A DNA stretch of 64,000 nucleotides from Candidatus Bathyarchaeota archaeon (GTDB taxonomy: Archaea > Thermoproteota > Bathyarchaeia > Bathyarchaeales > Bathycorpusculaceae), in contig OY970340.1 of the NCBI GenBank assembly GCA_963717465.1, forward strand, positions 1,216,001-1,280,000. Direction: 5' to 3'. Below the pieces are notes generated by a model. The model was given only the letters and a program-made list of their open reading frames with translations. It had not been told where the DNA came from and searched no databases. Shown here in pieces: positions 38,524 to 50,396 of this stretch (within the stretch, counting starts at the first letter, position 1; every line of letters starts with the position of its first letter). Both the position numbers and the translations under genes were made by a program.

Positions 38524-39342
38524 CTATTTTTTCTCTTTAAAAGTAGCTGCCTTTAAGCTATGTGCCGTTTCTTCAAGTTCCTTAAGCATCAAATCAGCCT
38601 TATTCTCATTCTTAGCGATAATGTTTACGAAGGCGCTTCCAACTATGACTCCGTCGGCTCCTGCCTCGATTATGAGCTTAACATGTTCAGGCTTTGATAT
38701 GCCAAATCCAACAGCCAACGGAATGCTCCCGGAAATTAGAGGCAAAACACGTTCAACTAGCTTTACCGTTTCCTTTTCCACTACCGATTTTGCCCCAGTT
38801 ACTCCGAAATGTGAAACCAGATAAAGAAATCCTGAAGAGTAAGCAACAATTTTTTTGAACCGTTCATCAGACGTTGACGGTGCCGCCAAAAAAATGGTAT
38901 CTAGCCCGCATGCGACTGCGGCTTTCTTGTAGTCACCTGCTTCTTCGACTGGTAAATCTGGAATTATTATGCCATCAACCATGCAATCTTTAGCAGAATG
39001 GCAAAAATGGTTAAGTCCCATCCTGAACACTGGATTATAGTAAGTCATGACTATCACTGGTAATTCATGTTTACTTTTAATTTGTTTAGCAACCTCTAAA
39101 ACTTTAACGGGTGTTGTGCCAGATTGTAAGGCACGCAGACTTGCTGCCTGTATTGTAGGTCCGTCAGCAATCGGGTCAGAAAATGGAAGTCCAAGTTCTA
39201 GAATATCGACGCCTCCTTTGATTAGGGCGTCAGCAATCTTGGGCGTTAGCTCTAGTTTTGGGTCGCCGGCTGTGACGTAGCCGATAAGTGCTCCACTTTC
39301 TTTGGCTTTTGTTTTCTGAAATGCTTTGCTTATAGTTTTCAT
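38524..39342 (-). CDS. trpA: Tryptophan synthase alpha chain
   Basis: [23 protein letters not shown]. Confidence 0.97.
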   Translation of the reverse strand: MKTISKAFQKTKAKESGALIGYVTAGDPKLELTPKIADALIKGGVDILELGLPFSDPIADGPTIQAASLRALQSGTTPVKVLEVAKQIKSKHELPVIVMTYYNPVFRMGLNHFCHSAKDCMVDGIIIPDLPVEEAGDYKKAAVACGLDTIFLAAPSTSDERFKKIVAYSSGFLYLVSHFGVTGAKSVVEKETVKLVERVLPLISGSIPLAVGFGISKPEHVKLIIEAGADGVIVGSAFVNIIAKNENKADLMLKELEETAHSLKAATFKEKK

Positions 39343-40536
39343 ATTTTTTCACCGATAAAGTCCGCTATTGTATTCACATCCTTGTCTCCACGTCCAGAAA
39401 GAGTCACAACAATCGCTTTATTCTTCGGCATTTTCTTTGCCAGTTTCATTGCAAAAGCAACTGCGTGAGCAGATTCCAAGGCGGGCAAAATCCCTTCCTC
39501 ATGTGACAGCGCCAAAAAAGCATCGACTGCTTCCTTATCCGTTATTGAAGCGTACTGTGCTCTTTTAATCGATTTCAAGAAAGAATGTTCTGGTCCAACT
39601 CCTGGGTAATCAAGCCCTGCTGAGACGCTGTGAGTGCTGCTTATTTGCCCAAACTCGTCTTGAAGGATATATGTTAACATGCCGTGAAAAACTCCTTCCA
39701 TTCCTCCGCTGAGTGACGCAGCATGTTTGCCCGTGTCTAATCCTTGACCAGCCGCTTCAACGCCGTATAGTTCCACGGTTTTTTCATCTTCAAACGGGTA
39801 AAAAGTACCCATTGCATTGCTTCCGCCGCCTACGCAAGCAACTAATGCATCAGGGTATCTTCCCTCTTTTTGCATGAACTGTTTTTTCAGTTCCTTTCCG
39901 ATTATGCTTTGAAAATCCCTAACTATCATAGGATACGGGTGAGGACCCACAACTGAACCAATCAAGTAGTATGTATCCTTGAGGTTTGTAACCCAATCCC
40001 TAAATGCTTCATTAATCGAATCCTTAAGCGTTTTAGAGCCTGAATCAACCGAATGCACTTGGGCACCTAAAAGTTTCATTCGGAAAACGTTCAGTTTCTG
40101 GCGCTCACAATCTTCAGTCCCCATGTAAACTTCAGCCTTCAAACCCAAAGTTGCACAAGCAATAGCAGTAGCAACGCCATGTTGACCGGCTCCAGTTTCA
40201 GCTATGACCCGTGTTTTGCCCATGCGTCTTAGCCAGCAAAGCCTGTCCAATAGTATTGTTTATTTTATGTGCGCCGCCGTGAGCTAAATCTTCACGCTTT
40301 AGAAAGATTTTTGCTCCGCCAATTCTCCTTGTCATATTTTGTGCATAATATAGTGGTGTTGGTCTTCCAACGAACTCTGATAGGTAATATGCAAGTTCTT
40401 TTTTAAACGTAGGATCTTTTTGCGCTTGTTTGTATGCTTCTTCCAACTCTTTTATTGCTTCCATGAGAATTTCTGGAACGAAGCGTCCGCCATATTTTCC
40501 ATATTTCCCATTAACTGGGTAACTTTCAAGTTTCAT
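39339..40536 (-). CDS. trpB: Tryptophan synthase beta chain; frameshift at ~40225
   Basis: [15 protein letters not shown] and AETGAGQHG lie in two overlapping ORFs. Confidence 0.95.
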
Positions 40537-41312
40537 TTTGCATTCACAAACTCCGAAATTTTCATTTCAATGTTGTCTGCTGCCATTACAGCTGTGCCGA
40601 TGAGAAATGCTGATGCACCACAATTTTTGAGAAATAGTAAATCTTTTGCTGTTTTGATTCCGCTCTCACTTACAATTACTCTATGTTTAGGGTCAGGTTT
40701 ATTTAGAATTTCTTTTGTGCTGTTAAAGTCCACGTTTAATGTCGCCAGGTTCCTGTTGTTGATTCCTACAAGATTCGCTTCTGATCGAATGGCACGGTTA
40801 AATTCCTCTTTAGTGTGGGCTTCAAGCAGAACTTCAAGGTCATTCGCCTGCGCTTTTGCTATCATTTCGTCAATGCCAATTTCAACGTAACCTCTGTCAA
40901 AGATTGCTTGGATCAACAACACAGCGTCAGCGCCCATATGTTTAGCAGCCTCAACCTGCCGTGGACTTACGATTATGTCCTTCATCAAAATCGGAAGCTT
41001 TACTGCTTTTCTAGCATTAACTAACATGTCTAATGAGCCATTGAAGAATTTTGGCTCAGTCAAGACTGATATGGCAACTGCACCGCTTTTTTCCATTGCC
41101 CTGGCAATCTTGTCTGCTTCCACGTGGCTTCTGATTGTTCCATTTGAAGGTGATGCAGATTTAATTTCAGTTATAACCGGTGTAACATGACAATTTTGGA
41201 TTGCTTGCCGTAGACTAACCTGCAGGTGTTCCACAGGTATTGCTGTTTCGTAATAGCCAGCGTCAACAGTTTTTTTCGCGTCAAGTGCAAGTGCATCAAG
41301 AAAATCACTCAT
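40533..41312 (-). CDS. trpC: Indole-3-glycerol phosphate synthase
   Basis: [26 protein letters not shown]. Confidence 0.95.
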   Translation of the reverse strand: MSDFLDALALDAKKTVDAGYYETAIPVEHLQVSLRQAIQNCHVTPVITEIKSASPSNGTIRSHVEADKIARAMEKSGAVAISVLTEPKFFNGSLDMLVNARKAVKLPILMKDIIVSPRQVEAAKHMGADAVLLIQAIFDRGYVEIGIDEMIAKAQANDLEVLLEAHTKEEFNRAIRSEANLVGINNRNLATLNVDFNSTKEILNKPDPKHRVIVSESGIKTAKDLLFLKNCGASAFLIGTAVMAADNIEMKISEFVNAK

Positions 41313-42357
41313 CAGCTTCCAACTCCTCAAGTTTAGACTTGTTTCCACCTGACGCTTCAATTAACGCCTCAAGCTTCCTAAATGCAGCTCCACTCTCAAT
41401 CGATTCGCGTGCAGCTTCCATGCCTTCTTGAAAATTATGCGCTTTTCCTCCAACAATAATTCCAGCAGCACTGTTTACTAATACAATCTCAGCTTTCGAG
41501 TCAGAGAGTCTGCCTGAGAGAATTCCGAAGATGGTTTTTGCGCTTTCATCAGAAGTTGAAGCTTGCAAATCAGTTAGTCTTGCCTTTTTCACGCCAAAAT
41601 CGCTTGGTTTGGATGTTATTTCTTCAATTTCTCCTTTTTTCAAATGCATGATGGTTGTTTTGCCTACAGTTGAGATTTCATCTAAGCCGTCTAGGCCATG
41701 GACAACCATTGCTTCTTCGCATCCGCTCTTCCTTAGGGCTTGAGCTAGTGGTTCTGTTAGTTTCGAATCGTAAACGCCTAATAGTTGGGCATTAGCGGAT
41801 GCTGGGTTAGTCAATGGGCCTAAAAGGTTGAATATGGTTCGAAACCCTAGCTCTTTTCTGGGTTCAGCAGCGTATTTCATGGCTGGGTGGAAAGCTGGAG
41901 CGTACATGAAGCCTACGCCGATTTTTTCAATCGTGTCTTGTACAGTTTTGGGTTCCATGTTAAGGTTGGCGCCTAATTTTTCTAGCACGTCAGCGCTGCC
42001 GCTTTTGCTTGAAACTGCCCTGTTTCCATGTTTAGCTACTGCTACCCCTGCGCCTGCGATAACAAAAGCGGATGCTGTGCTTATATTGAATGTTTTTATT
42101 TTGTCTCCGCCTGTTCCGCATGTATCGACTAATCGACCTTGTACTTTTGGTTGTATTTTCTGGCAGTGTTTTTTCATTATCGATGCAAAAGCGATGAGTT
42201 CTTCAACAGTTTCTCCCTTCATTTTCAGCGCAGTTAAGAAAGCAGCTGTTTGCGCGTTCGTCGTTTTTCCCGACATGATTTCGTTCATTATCTGTTCTGA
42301 TTCATCGACTGTAAGATTGTCAGCTTGAATTAATTTTTGTAAACCTTCCTTGATCAT
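41305..42357 (-). CDS. trpD: Anthranilate phosphoribosyltransferase
   Basis: DTCGTGGD, KHGNRAVSSKSGSAD. Confidence 0.96.
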   Translation of the reverse strand: MIKEGLQKLIQADNLTVDESEQIMNEIMSGKTTNAQTAAFLTALKMKGETVEELIAFASIMKKHCQKIQPKVQGRLVDTCGTGGDKIKTFNISTASAFVIAGAGVAVAKHGNRAVSSKSGSADVLEKLGANLNMEPKTVQDTIEKIGVGFMYAPAFHPAMKYAAEPRKELGFRTIFNLLGPLTNPASANAQLLGVYDSKLTEPLAQALRKSGCEEAMVVHGLDGLDEISTVGKTTIMHLKKGEIEEITSKPSDFGVKKARLTDLQASTSDESAKTIFGILSGRLSDSKAEIVLVNSAAGIIVGGKAHNFQEGMEAARESIESGAAFRKLEALIEASGGNKSKLEELEADE

Positions 42358-42941
42358 TGTTGCTTTGCATCCAAAAAGTTCTTGATGATAATTTTTCCAT
42401 CTTCGCAAAGGATTGACTCAGGATGAAATTGTACTCCATCAATCGGGTAATCAACATGGCGTACGCCCATTATTTCTCCATCATCTATGCTTTCCGCCGT
42501 AATTTCTAGGCAGTTGGGAATTGAGTTTCGTTCACCTGCAAGTGAGTGGTATCTTGTTGCGTTGAAGGGGTTGCGGACGCCGTCGAAAATTCCTTTTTCG
42601 CAATGCTTTATGGTGCATGTTTTTCCATGCATTAGTTTTTTTGCGGGTATAATTTTTCCGCCGAATGCGTGAATTATTCCTTGATGGCCCAAACAAACGC
42701 CTAAAGTTGGTGTTGTGCGGCTCATGCTTCTGAGAATTTCTGTGCATACGCCGAAGTATTTTTCATCTTCAGGGGTTCCCGGGCCTGGTGAGATTACGAT
42801 TCTTTCTGGTTTTAAAGTTTTCAACTGATCAAGGTTAACTTGGTCGTTTCTGTATACTATGGTTTCTGCGCCAAGTTCACCAATGTACTGGACAAGGTTG
42901 TAGACGAATGAGTCGTAATTGTCGATTACTAAAACTTTCAT
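42354..42941 (-). CDS. trpG: Anthranilate synthase component II
   Basis: IDNYDSF, SPGPG, GVCLGHQ, QFHPES. Confidence 0.96.
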   Translation of the reverse strand: MKVLVIDNYDSFVYNLVQYIGELGAETIVYRNDQVNLDQLKTLKPERIVISPGPGTPEDEKYFGVCTEILRSMSRTTPTLGVCLGHQGIIHAFGGKIIPAKKLMHGKTCTIKHCEKGIFDGVRNPFNATRYHSLAGERNSIPNCLEITAESIDDGEIMGVRHVDYPIDGVQFHPESILCEDGKIIIKNFLDAKQQ

Positions 42942-44332
42942 GGTTTGCTTTCTCCTGCAATTTCAAGTGCTCTGATAAGGGCTCTTGCCTTATGGTCAGT
43001 TTCGAACCACTCTGTTTCCGGGTTTGAATCCGCAACGATTCCTGCGCCGGCTTGAATGTATGCTTGGTCGCCATCGGCAAAGAGGGTTCGAATTGTTATG
43101 GCAAAATCCGCATTGCCATTGTTTGAAAAGTAGCCGACTGCGCCAGCGTAAGGTCCACGTGTTGACGGTTCAAGCTCATCGATTATTTGCATCGCTCGCA
43201 CTTTTGGTGCTCCTGAGACTGTTCCCGCTGGAAAGACTGCCTTTAATGCGTCGTAACATTGGAGATTTTCTTTTAGGTCTCCTGTTACTTGTGAAACTAT
43301 GTGTTGAACATGGCTGTACTGATGAATTTTCATGAATTCTGGAACTGTCACGCTGCCGTACCTTGAGATTTTTCCTAAATCGTTCCTCGCTAAATCAACA
43401 AGCATCACATGCTCCGCTCGTTCTTTTTGGTCAGCAAGCAATTCTCTGCCTAACTGTGCATTTTCGCTTGGGTTATCAGTTACTGGTCTCGTACCAGCGA
43501 TGGGGAAAGTTTCAACTTTCCTGTTATCTACTCTGACAAGCATTTCTGGGCTTGAGCCTACGATTTGCCTGCTACCTGATTTGAAGAAGTACATGTAAGG
43601 CGAAGGGTTAATCCTGCGTAGACTTCTGTAGAATGCCACCAAGTTGCCTTTAACTTGGAAATTGTAGCGCTTGGATAGAACAACTTGGAAAATGTCTCCG
43701 GAAGTCACGTATTTCTTAGCTTGAACAACTGCTTTCTCAAAGTCTTCTTTTTGAATGTTAACTTTAGGCTGAGTAAACGACAGATTATCATTATCGCTTG
43801 GCTGCCCAAGCAGCCCTTCAACTTCATCTAAGCGATTTTCATCTTGAAAATAATAGTGTGCTCTTTCTTTTGTGTGATCAAACACGAATCCGTCTTCAAA
43901 GATGCCCATTTCCACGTCAGGAAAATTCAATTCGTCCTTGGGTTTTGTCGGGAGTTTTTCCCAGTAGCGAACAGCATCGTACGAGATGTATCCCACTGCT
44001 CCCCCCACTAATCGGAATTGATCGTTTTGTATGGCTTTAGCTTGGATTAATTTTTGAATTTGTTGCAAGGGATCGCTTGTTCGTTCACTGATTATTTCCT
44101 TAGTTTTTTCGTTTTGTATGGTGGCTTTTTGGTTTTTTACTTGAATTGTCAATGTGGGAGAAAAACCTATGAATGAATATTGAGCGAGTTTTTTTGGTCC
44201 TTCAATTGATTCTAAGAGGTAAATAGTTTTAAAGTGCTTGTAAAGCTTTGAAAATACTTCAAGAGGCTGTTGTGTGTATGGGATGCTTTCAAAATTTAGG
44301 GTGTTGGCTGATTGAGTGGCGGTTGTTTGCAT
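42938..44332 (-). CDS. trpE: Anthranilate synthase component I
   Basis: LLES, NPSPYM, EHVMLVDLARND, FPAGTVSGAPK. Confidence 0.96.
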   Translation of the reverse strand: MQTTATQSANTLNFESIPYTQQPLEVFSKLYKHFKTIYLLESIEGPKKLAQYSFIGFSPTLTIQVKNQKATIQNEKTKEIISERTSDPLQQIQKLIQAKAIQNDQFRLVGGAVGYISYDAVRYWEKLPTKPKDELNFPDVEMGIFEDGFVFDHTKERAHYYFQDENRLDEVEGLLGQPSDNDNLSFTQPKVNIQKEDFEKAVVQAKKYVTSGDIFQVVLSKRYNFQVKGNLVAFYRSLRRINPSPYMYFFKSGSRQIVGSSPEMLVRVDNRKVETFPIAGTRPVTDNPSENAQLGRELLADQKERAEHVMLVDLARNDLGKISRYGSVTVPEFMKIHQYSHVQHIVSQVTGDLKENLQCYDALKAVFPAGTVSGAPKVRAMQIIDELEPSTRGPYAGAVGYFSNNGNADFAITIRTLFADGDQAYIQAGAGIVADSNPETEWFETDHKARALIRALEIAGESKP

Positions 44333-44405
44333 TCCAAAGGCGATCCCTCATGTTCATGTACTCCGTGGAGCAAAATATACTTGAAAGCATTATTTAAGGC
44401 TTTTT

Positions 44406-44421
44406 AGTACAAAAATGTACA
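44406..44421. promoter_or_regulatory. Possible TRP-box pair (TrpY-type operator)
   Basis: AGTACA-N4-TGTACA upstream of trpE; further TGTTCA/TGTACT at 44351-44362. Confidence 0.45.
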
Positions 44422-44442
44422 TAAAAAGAGGATTGTTATCGG

Positions 44443-44763
44443 TTATTTAAGGACGCTCTGCATCCAATCTAAATAGTCTTTTGAACCAGCAACAATCGGA
44501 ACGGCAATAATCTCTGGTACTTCATAACTGTGAAAAGCCTTAACACGTTTCGATAACTCATCAAATAAGTCAGCTCGAGACTTCATGATTATGCGGAATT
44601 CTTCAGCAGTCTCTATTTTTCCTTGCCAATTAAAAACCGAGGAGATTGGTCCATAGATGTGTGCGCATGAAACCAGTTTTTCTTCAACGAGTGTCGTAGT
44701 AATTTTTTCTGCTTGTTTTTTATCTGCAGTTGTAACGTATACGATAATAAAGTCTTTATTCAA
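44443..44763 (-). CDS. cutA: Divalent-cation tolerance protein CutA
   Basis: WQGKIE, HSYEVPEII, YLDW. Confidence 0.93.
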   Translation of the reverse strand: MNKDFIIVYVTTADKKQAEKITTTLVEEKLVSCAHIYGPISSVFNWQGKIETAEEFRIIMKSRADLFDELSKRVKAFHSYEVPEIIAVPIVAGSKDYLDWMQSVLK

Positions 44764-44824
44764 AAATTCTTACCCAAAAACAAATATTTCCTTTTTTCCT
44801 AAAAAGGTTTAGTGTTAAGGCAAA

Positions 44825-45286
44825 TTAATGTCTGTTTCTGTCTTTATCTATTTTTATTCGCCATTCTGGAACCCTAATATCTTTTATGGCATCCCACTTG
44901 TCATACGGCTTAATGTCTAAAACAGGTGTGCCGTCGTACGCGTCAAGACCTCTAACAGTCAGCATGTTGCCTTCTACTTTGAGGAGTTCCACCACGGTTA
45001 ATCCAATGGGGTTAGGACGCGTACCTGTCCTTGTCGCGTAAACGCCCACTAATGGCATATCCATCCTTCCTCGCGGATGAACCTTAAGCGCTACCTGCTT
45101 TGCTGCATACTCGTTCAAATAGAACAGGACAAACAAGTGCGAAAAATCACTTAACCCTTCCAAGCCCTTCACAAGGTCGTTTTTTAAAACGATTTGTGCA
45201 ATGCGATTCTTGTCTTTGACTTCATCGCCAACAGCTTCGGTCTTAACGTAGCCAATTGGCTTAAAAACTACATCCTTAAAAGACAT
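44825..45286 (-). CDS. tsaA: tRNA t6A37 N6-methyltransferase TrmO/TsaA
   Basis: GVYATR..RPNPIG, LDAYDGTPVLDIKPY. Confidence 0.92.
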   Translation of the reverse strand: MSFKDVVFKPIGYVKTEAVGDEVKDKNRIAQIVLKNDLVKGLEGLSDFSHLFVLFYLNEYAAKQVALKVHPRGRMDMPLVGVYATRTGTRPNPIGLTVVELLKVEGNMLTVRGLDAYDGTPVLDIKPYDKWDAIKDIRVPEWRIKIDKDRNRH

Positions 45287-45367
45287 AATAATCGCATAAT
45301 ATTTAGTTGAACGCGCTAATCAAATTATCGTGTTAAAAGCAGAAACGCTATGAGCACCCTTTGCCCT

Positions 45368-46297
45368 CTAATGTATTGCAATTTGAGCCTTCAAAACTTG
45401 TTCTATCTGATCCGTGTCTTCTGTAGTTTCATCGTCAAGGGGTATAATATTTATTTCATTAGCTGATGTTACGCCAAATCCAAGTTCAGCTGCCCGCTCA
45501 ATTTGGTCTTGACTAAAAACGTCCTCTTTGCCTAATTTTCCTTTAGCTCCATACATTTTGAGAATTGCAGCGCCAACTGCGTCGATTGCCACTCGATCTT
45601 TGCTTGCAAGCAAAAGGTTTGGCTGCACAACTTTTCCCTGTTCTGGGCCATCTGTAACAAACGCTTTGAGCCCATCCATAACTATCAAGTCTGTGTTGTA
45701 GTGACTGTTTATTTCGGCAATCATTTTTCTTTGGTAAATTGAACTATGAAGCTCCATCATATAATTGTATAATTCGCCACGCACTCTTTTAGCAACCAGA
45801 CCAACAGAATTCTTCATTGAAAGCGTGAAGTGACCGCCGAACCTATGCGTTTTAAGACAACATGTCTGCACAACTTTGTCTGCTTCCAAAAAAAGTTTCG
45901 CAATGTAGAAGCCGTTAAGCCAATGAGTGCCATTATGCTCGATTTTTTTCCATCCATTCTTGCCAAGGTCATCAAGTACAACGGCGTTAAACCCTAACTC
46001 TTTTGCAAGGTTAAAGACGCCCATTTGCTCTAGAACTTCTCTTGTGTCACCCATTCCGCTGCGTTCAGCTAAAGTGATGCTTTTTACATCAGCATTTTGC
46101 AAGTTTTCAACTATTGCTCGAAGAGTATCCAGATGAGTCGATGCTGGAAATGGGTCAGCACTGTTAAAATTAGCTTTCAAAGCAGCCTTTGCACCAGAAA
46201 AATCAGCTAAATCAAAATTTCTAAGCAATTCAGAAATACCAAAAGCCCTATCAAGCGTTCTTAGAACAAAAACTTTCCCTAAATCATTACGTGCCAT
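45368..46297 (-). CDS. DUF362-domain protein
   Basis: LKANFNSAD, LKTH..FTLSMKN, DRVAIDA; start reassigned to MARND. Confidence 0.85.
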   Translation of the reverse strand: MARNDLGKVFVLRTLDRAFGISELLRNFDLADFSGAKAALKANFNSADPFPASTHLDTLRAIVENLQNADVKSITLAERSGMGDTREVLEQMGVFNLAKELGFNAVVLDDLGKNGWKKIEHNGTHWLNGFYIAKLFLEADKVVQTCCLKTHRFGGHFTLSMKNSVGLVAKRVRGELYNYMMELHSSIYQRKMIAEINSHYNTDLIVMDGLKAFVTDGPEQGKVVQPNLLLASKDRVAIDAVGAAILKMYGAKGKLGKEDVFSQDQIERAAELGFGVTSANEINIIPLDDETTEDTDQIEQVLKAQIAIH

Positions 46298-46416
46298 AAA
46301 ATTTTCAGAATAAAATTCGCTATTATTAGTCTTCACTGCATCATACTGCAACAACAACAATAATGATACCGTAAGCTCTATATTATCCAATGAAGCTTTT
46401 TTTCGGAAGAAGTGTT

Positions 46417-46494
46417 GGGCCCGTAGCTCAGTCAGGCCAGAGCGGCGGACTCTTAATCCGTAGGCCGCGGGTTCAATTCCCGTCGGGCCCGCCA
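46417..46494 (+). tRNA. tRNA-Lys(CTT)
   Basis: GGGCCCG/CGGGCCC acceptor, GCGGA-CTCTTAA-TCCGT anticodon arm, encoded CCA. Confidence 0.96.
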
Positions 46495-46650
46495 CATCGT
46501 AAACGTTTTTATTTTTTAGATTTGAAACTTGTTTAAACTGAAATTGTAGCAACACCTTTTTGGTAATAAGGTTTTCTCAAAAACAAATTAATCTTGCGAT
46601 TTTATAAAAAGAAAAAATAAAAAGAGCGATTAGTGCAATCGGAATTATGC

Positions 46651-47033
46651 TTAGTATTCAACGCCTTTCATTTCTTTCTGAATAACTGCCATACGCTTTA
46701 GATTATTCTGGTTTTTCATTGCAAACATCATGTCAAGCTTTAGTTTAGCACCTTTCTGTGGATTAATCTCACCTTTAGCAATACCCGCGTGATTAGTGTA
46801 CGTAGCAGTGTTTCCGAACTTGGACTTTTGAGATCAGCGGCTTTAGCTTCACTAGCTGTAGTCTTTCCATTTTCCATCTTTAGGAGAAAAGCTTTGGGTG
46901 TACCATCGGCGTTAAACACGTCAGTAAAGATATACATAAAACTGGTAGTCAAGGCTGCCTTCATCCAAGCTTCATCCTTATTCATGGCTTCAGCATATGC
47001 TTGCCAATATTCCAATGTTCCAAATTTCACCAA
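46651..47033 (-). CDS. SCP2-like protein, close paralog of 312-698; frameshift at ~46810
   Basis: MVKFGTLEY..PKAFLLK..ASEAKA; second frame ends KEMKGVEY. Confidence 0.75.
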
Positions 47034-47118
47034 AATTTCACCTCCCTACCATAAGTGATTAAGCGACTTAGCATTAGATGAAAAAAGAGAATGGTGTTTG
47101 TTTATTTAGTTTTCCCCT

Positions 47119-47964
47119 TTAGGTCGAGGGTAAATAACCCGACGTGGCAAGATCCACTTGCCCAGTGTATATACCGCCTGCGAATCCATAGTCAACGAGA
47201 ACGTCTGCCCCGCTTACATAACTTGCCAAATCGCTAGTCAGAAAGACAAGCACCCAAGCCTGCTCAGTAGCCTTTGCATAACGCCCGATAGGCGATATTA
47301 TTTTTTTCCCTTCCTCATCTGACATTCCCTTCAACAGGGGCGTTTGAGTGACTCCAGGCATTATAGTGTTAATTCTAATGCCCCTTTCTGATAACTGAAA
47401 AGCTCTCTGTTTGACATAGCTAAGAACACACTCCTTCGAAAAGTTATATTCTCTAATGTTTTTCTTTGGTCCTCCGATGATCTCAGGGTCTTCTATACGC
47501 TGTTGTAGCCATGCAATTGCACCTTCCCAATCAGGTACGGCAATAAATTCAAGGCAATTCTGCATATTCATTGTCCAACCTAAGCCACCTAAAGATGAAA
47601 CCCACCCAATTGCCCCAGTGCCATTAGGCATGCGAGGAAGAAGGCCTTCAATAATGCGTCTGTGTCCCATGAAATTTACCACCACTGTATCAACTCGATT
47701 ATCCGATTCACCTATACCTGCAACATTGAATAGTCTGTCAATCTTTGAAGGCAACTTTGCGATGGCGGCATCTATGGATTCTTTTTTCCTCAAGTCTACA
47801 TTAATGTACTTAACGCCAGGAACCGTAGGCTCTTTTATATCTAAGCCATACACTATGGCGCCAAAATCGACTAGTATCCGAGCTATTGCATCTCCCATTC
47901 CTGATGAGGCGCCAACAACTACCGTTGTCAGCTTTTCATATCCAAACAAATTTTTCATATCCAT
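47119..47964 (-). CDS. SDR, coniferyl-alcohol dehydrogenase/3-alpha-HSD-like
   Basis: VVGASSGMG, FNVAG, YNFSK, SYVSGADVLVDYG. Confidence 0.85.
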   Translation of the reverse strand: MDMKNLFGYEKLTTVVVGASSGMGDAIARILVDFGAIVYGLDIKEPTVPGVKYINVDLRKKESIDAAIAKLPSKIDRLFNVAGIGESDNRVDTVVVNFMGHRRIIEGLLPRMPNGTGAIGWVSSLGGLGWTMNMQNCLEFIAVPDWEGAIAWLQQRIEDPEIIGGPKKNIREYNFSKECVLSYVKQRAFQLSERGIRINTIMPGVTQTPLLKGMSDEEGKKIISPIGRYAKATEQAWVLVFLTSDLASYVSGADVLVDYGFAGGIYTGQVDLATSGYLPST

Positions 47965-48108
47965 TTTTATCTACCTGTTTTTTTCTCCCTTCAAGAATCT
48001 AACATAATAGTTTACGTATAGTCATCTAATATAACCTTGTTCCAAGAGGTCTCTTCCCACAAAGCAATTTAAGATATTTTTTAAAACTAGAATCGCTACG
48101 AGGGAAAG

Positions 48109-49981
48109 TTGAGTATGCTAGGGTACTTTAACAAACTTCTAAGAGTAGATTTAAACACAAAAAAGATAACCGAAGAAAAAATAGAAGATGACACTCTAAA
48201 AACTTGGGTAGGGGGCACAGGTTTAGGATTAAAAATATTGTATGATGAGGTCCCAAAGGGAGTCGACGCTCTGGACCCTGAAAATAGGATAATATTTGCT
48301 ACAGGTCCTCTTACTGGAACAGCTACACCTGGGTCTGGCACTTACTGTCTTGTTTCTAAATCACCGTTAACTAATTGTGTTGCATCCGCTCAAGCCAACG
48401 GGTTTTTCGGCGCTCGGCTTAAAAAAGCTGGTTACGATGCTATTGTAATTCAAGGAGCCTCTGATAAACCCGTATACTTATGGGTGCATGATGGTGCAGC
48501 AGAAATTCGTGATGCTGAAAAATTTTGGGGTACTACTACCACATTGGAATGCGAAGAAAAGGTTAAGGAAGATTTAAACCAAAAAAATGCAAGCGTTGCA
48601 TGTATTGGTCCTGCCGGCGAGAACTTGGTGAGGTGTGCTTCAGTATTTAGTGATTTTGGCCATGTTGCCTCTTCAGGCGGTTTAGGAGCTGTTTTAGGCT
48701 CAAAGAAACTCAAAGCTATAGCAGTACTTGGAACGCAGAAAATCACTCTAGCAGACGAGCAAGAACTAAAAGCAGCCGCTAAAAGGTTGGTAGATGCTAA
48801 TAAGGAATCCATGTACGGGCAAATTTTACCTACGTCAGGTACAGCCGGTCAGTTTGCAATGGTTGTTGAACAAGGCTTGATTCCACACAAGAATTGTACA
48901 ACAAACGTTTACCCACCTGGAGTGCCAGAAAACTTTGCAAACCAAAGAAATACTGTTGATCGGTAAGCGGAATTCATGTTGGGCGTGTCCGATGGATCAC
49001 TGCCAAATTTTTACAATTAAAGAAGGCCCACATAAAGGGTTAGTTTTAGAAGAACCAGAATATGAAGACCTTTCTGGCTGGGGGTTCAATATAGGGAATT
49101 ATGATCTTGCAGAAGCTATGTATCTTACCCATGTAAACGATGGTTTAGGAATGGATGTAAAAGAGGCCTCATGGCTGATTAGCTTTGCAATGGAATGCTA
49201 TGAAAATGGCATATTAGGAATGGAAGACACGGAGGGCATAGAGCTTAAGTGGGGAGACACTAAGGCAGTGGAAACACTTCTTGGAAAGATTGCTAGAAGG
49301 CAGAGTATATTGGGAAACACTTTGGCTGAGGGCATAAAGAGGGCTTCTTACTTGCTGGGTGCGCCAGATAGGGCAGTCTACTGCTAAGAATGCAGGCATG
49401 CATGTGGTCGACTTTAGAAGCATGATCCAAGTTCTATTTGACATGGGTGTTTCTGAAACAGCTTCTGGTCAGGGTAATAGCGCGAGCTCGCTACACCTGA
49501 TCCAGAAGTAGAGGGTTTAATGAAAGAAGTTTATGTAAAGGGTTTAAATACACCATTTGTGCTTGGCAGATTTTCCAAAAGCAACTTCATAAACAGTCTC
49601 ATAATATGCTTCTTTAACGTAAACATTGCAATGGAACCAATTATGTTTGAGCCTCATGTGTTAGACTTAGTGAGAGCTGCTACAGGCTGGAAAGACTACA
49701 CCCTTCAAGATGCTCTGGCGGTTTCCGAAAAAATCATACAATTGGCGAGGGTATTTAACATAAAGCAAGGACTTACTCCAGAGGATGATACACCATCTCC
49801 CAGATTGCTTGAGCCTCCAGTAGATGGCCCATCAGAAGGTATAACGATGAAACAAGTCTACAAGGGACTATTATCGGCATATTATAGAATTATGGGTTGG
49901 GATGAGAAAACAGGTAAACCTCTAAAGAGTACTTTAGAAAATGTCGGCTTAGGCTATTGCTATAAAGATATTTACCCTTAA
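48109..49981 (+). pseudogene. Aldehyde:ferredoxin oxidoreductase (AOR family), split by about three frameshifts (may be assembly errors)
   Basis: Fragments with KSPLT, CIGPAGENL, GSKKLKAI, CWAC..C, EPEYE, YYRIMGWD. Confidence 0.85.
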
Positions 49982-50032
49982 CCCATATTTTTATTTCTTA
50001 GGCTGTTATTTTTACAGATAGGGGCAACAAGA

Positions 50033-50306
50033 TTGCTCGTTCACGTTCAATTGATTAAACCTCTTACGGAAATGATTGGAGCAGACAAGGAAGTAGAGAT
50101 TAACATAGATGAGGGAGCAACAGTAAAAGCACTTATTGATAAAATAGTTGAGTTGTATGGGGAAAAATCTAGGGAGGTAATATTAGACCGTAAGAAAGAG
50201 AAAATTAAAATCGTTGTGCTTGTAGATGGAAAAGTATGGCGAATTTAAAACCAAGTTAACCGAGAAATCCAAAGTGGTTTTAATGATACCCTACGGGGGT
50301 GGATAA
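50033..50306 (+). CDS. MoaD/ThiS-family sulfur carrier; frameshift at ~50240
   Basis: Beta-grasp pattern; second frame ends IPYGGG-stop; follows AOR. Confidence 0.75.
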
Positions 50307-50396
50307 ACTTTTTCTCCATTCTGCAGCATTAGCTTTTGCTGTAGCTAGCATGCCTGTAGAAACTAACATTTTTTACATACGTTAAGCTTAACCATT

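Noticed and set aside
40198..40250. Programmed frameshift or natural split of trpB
   Set aside because: No slippery site or stimulatory structure is evident, and similar small breaks occur throughout the window.
46298..46555. N-terminal extension of the DUF362 ORF
   Set aside because: It overlaps tRNA-Lys on the opposite strand; the true start is probably 46297.
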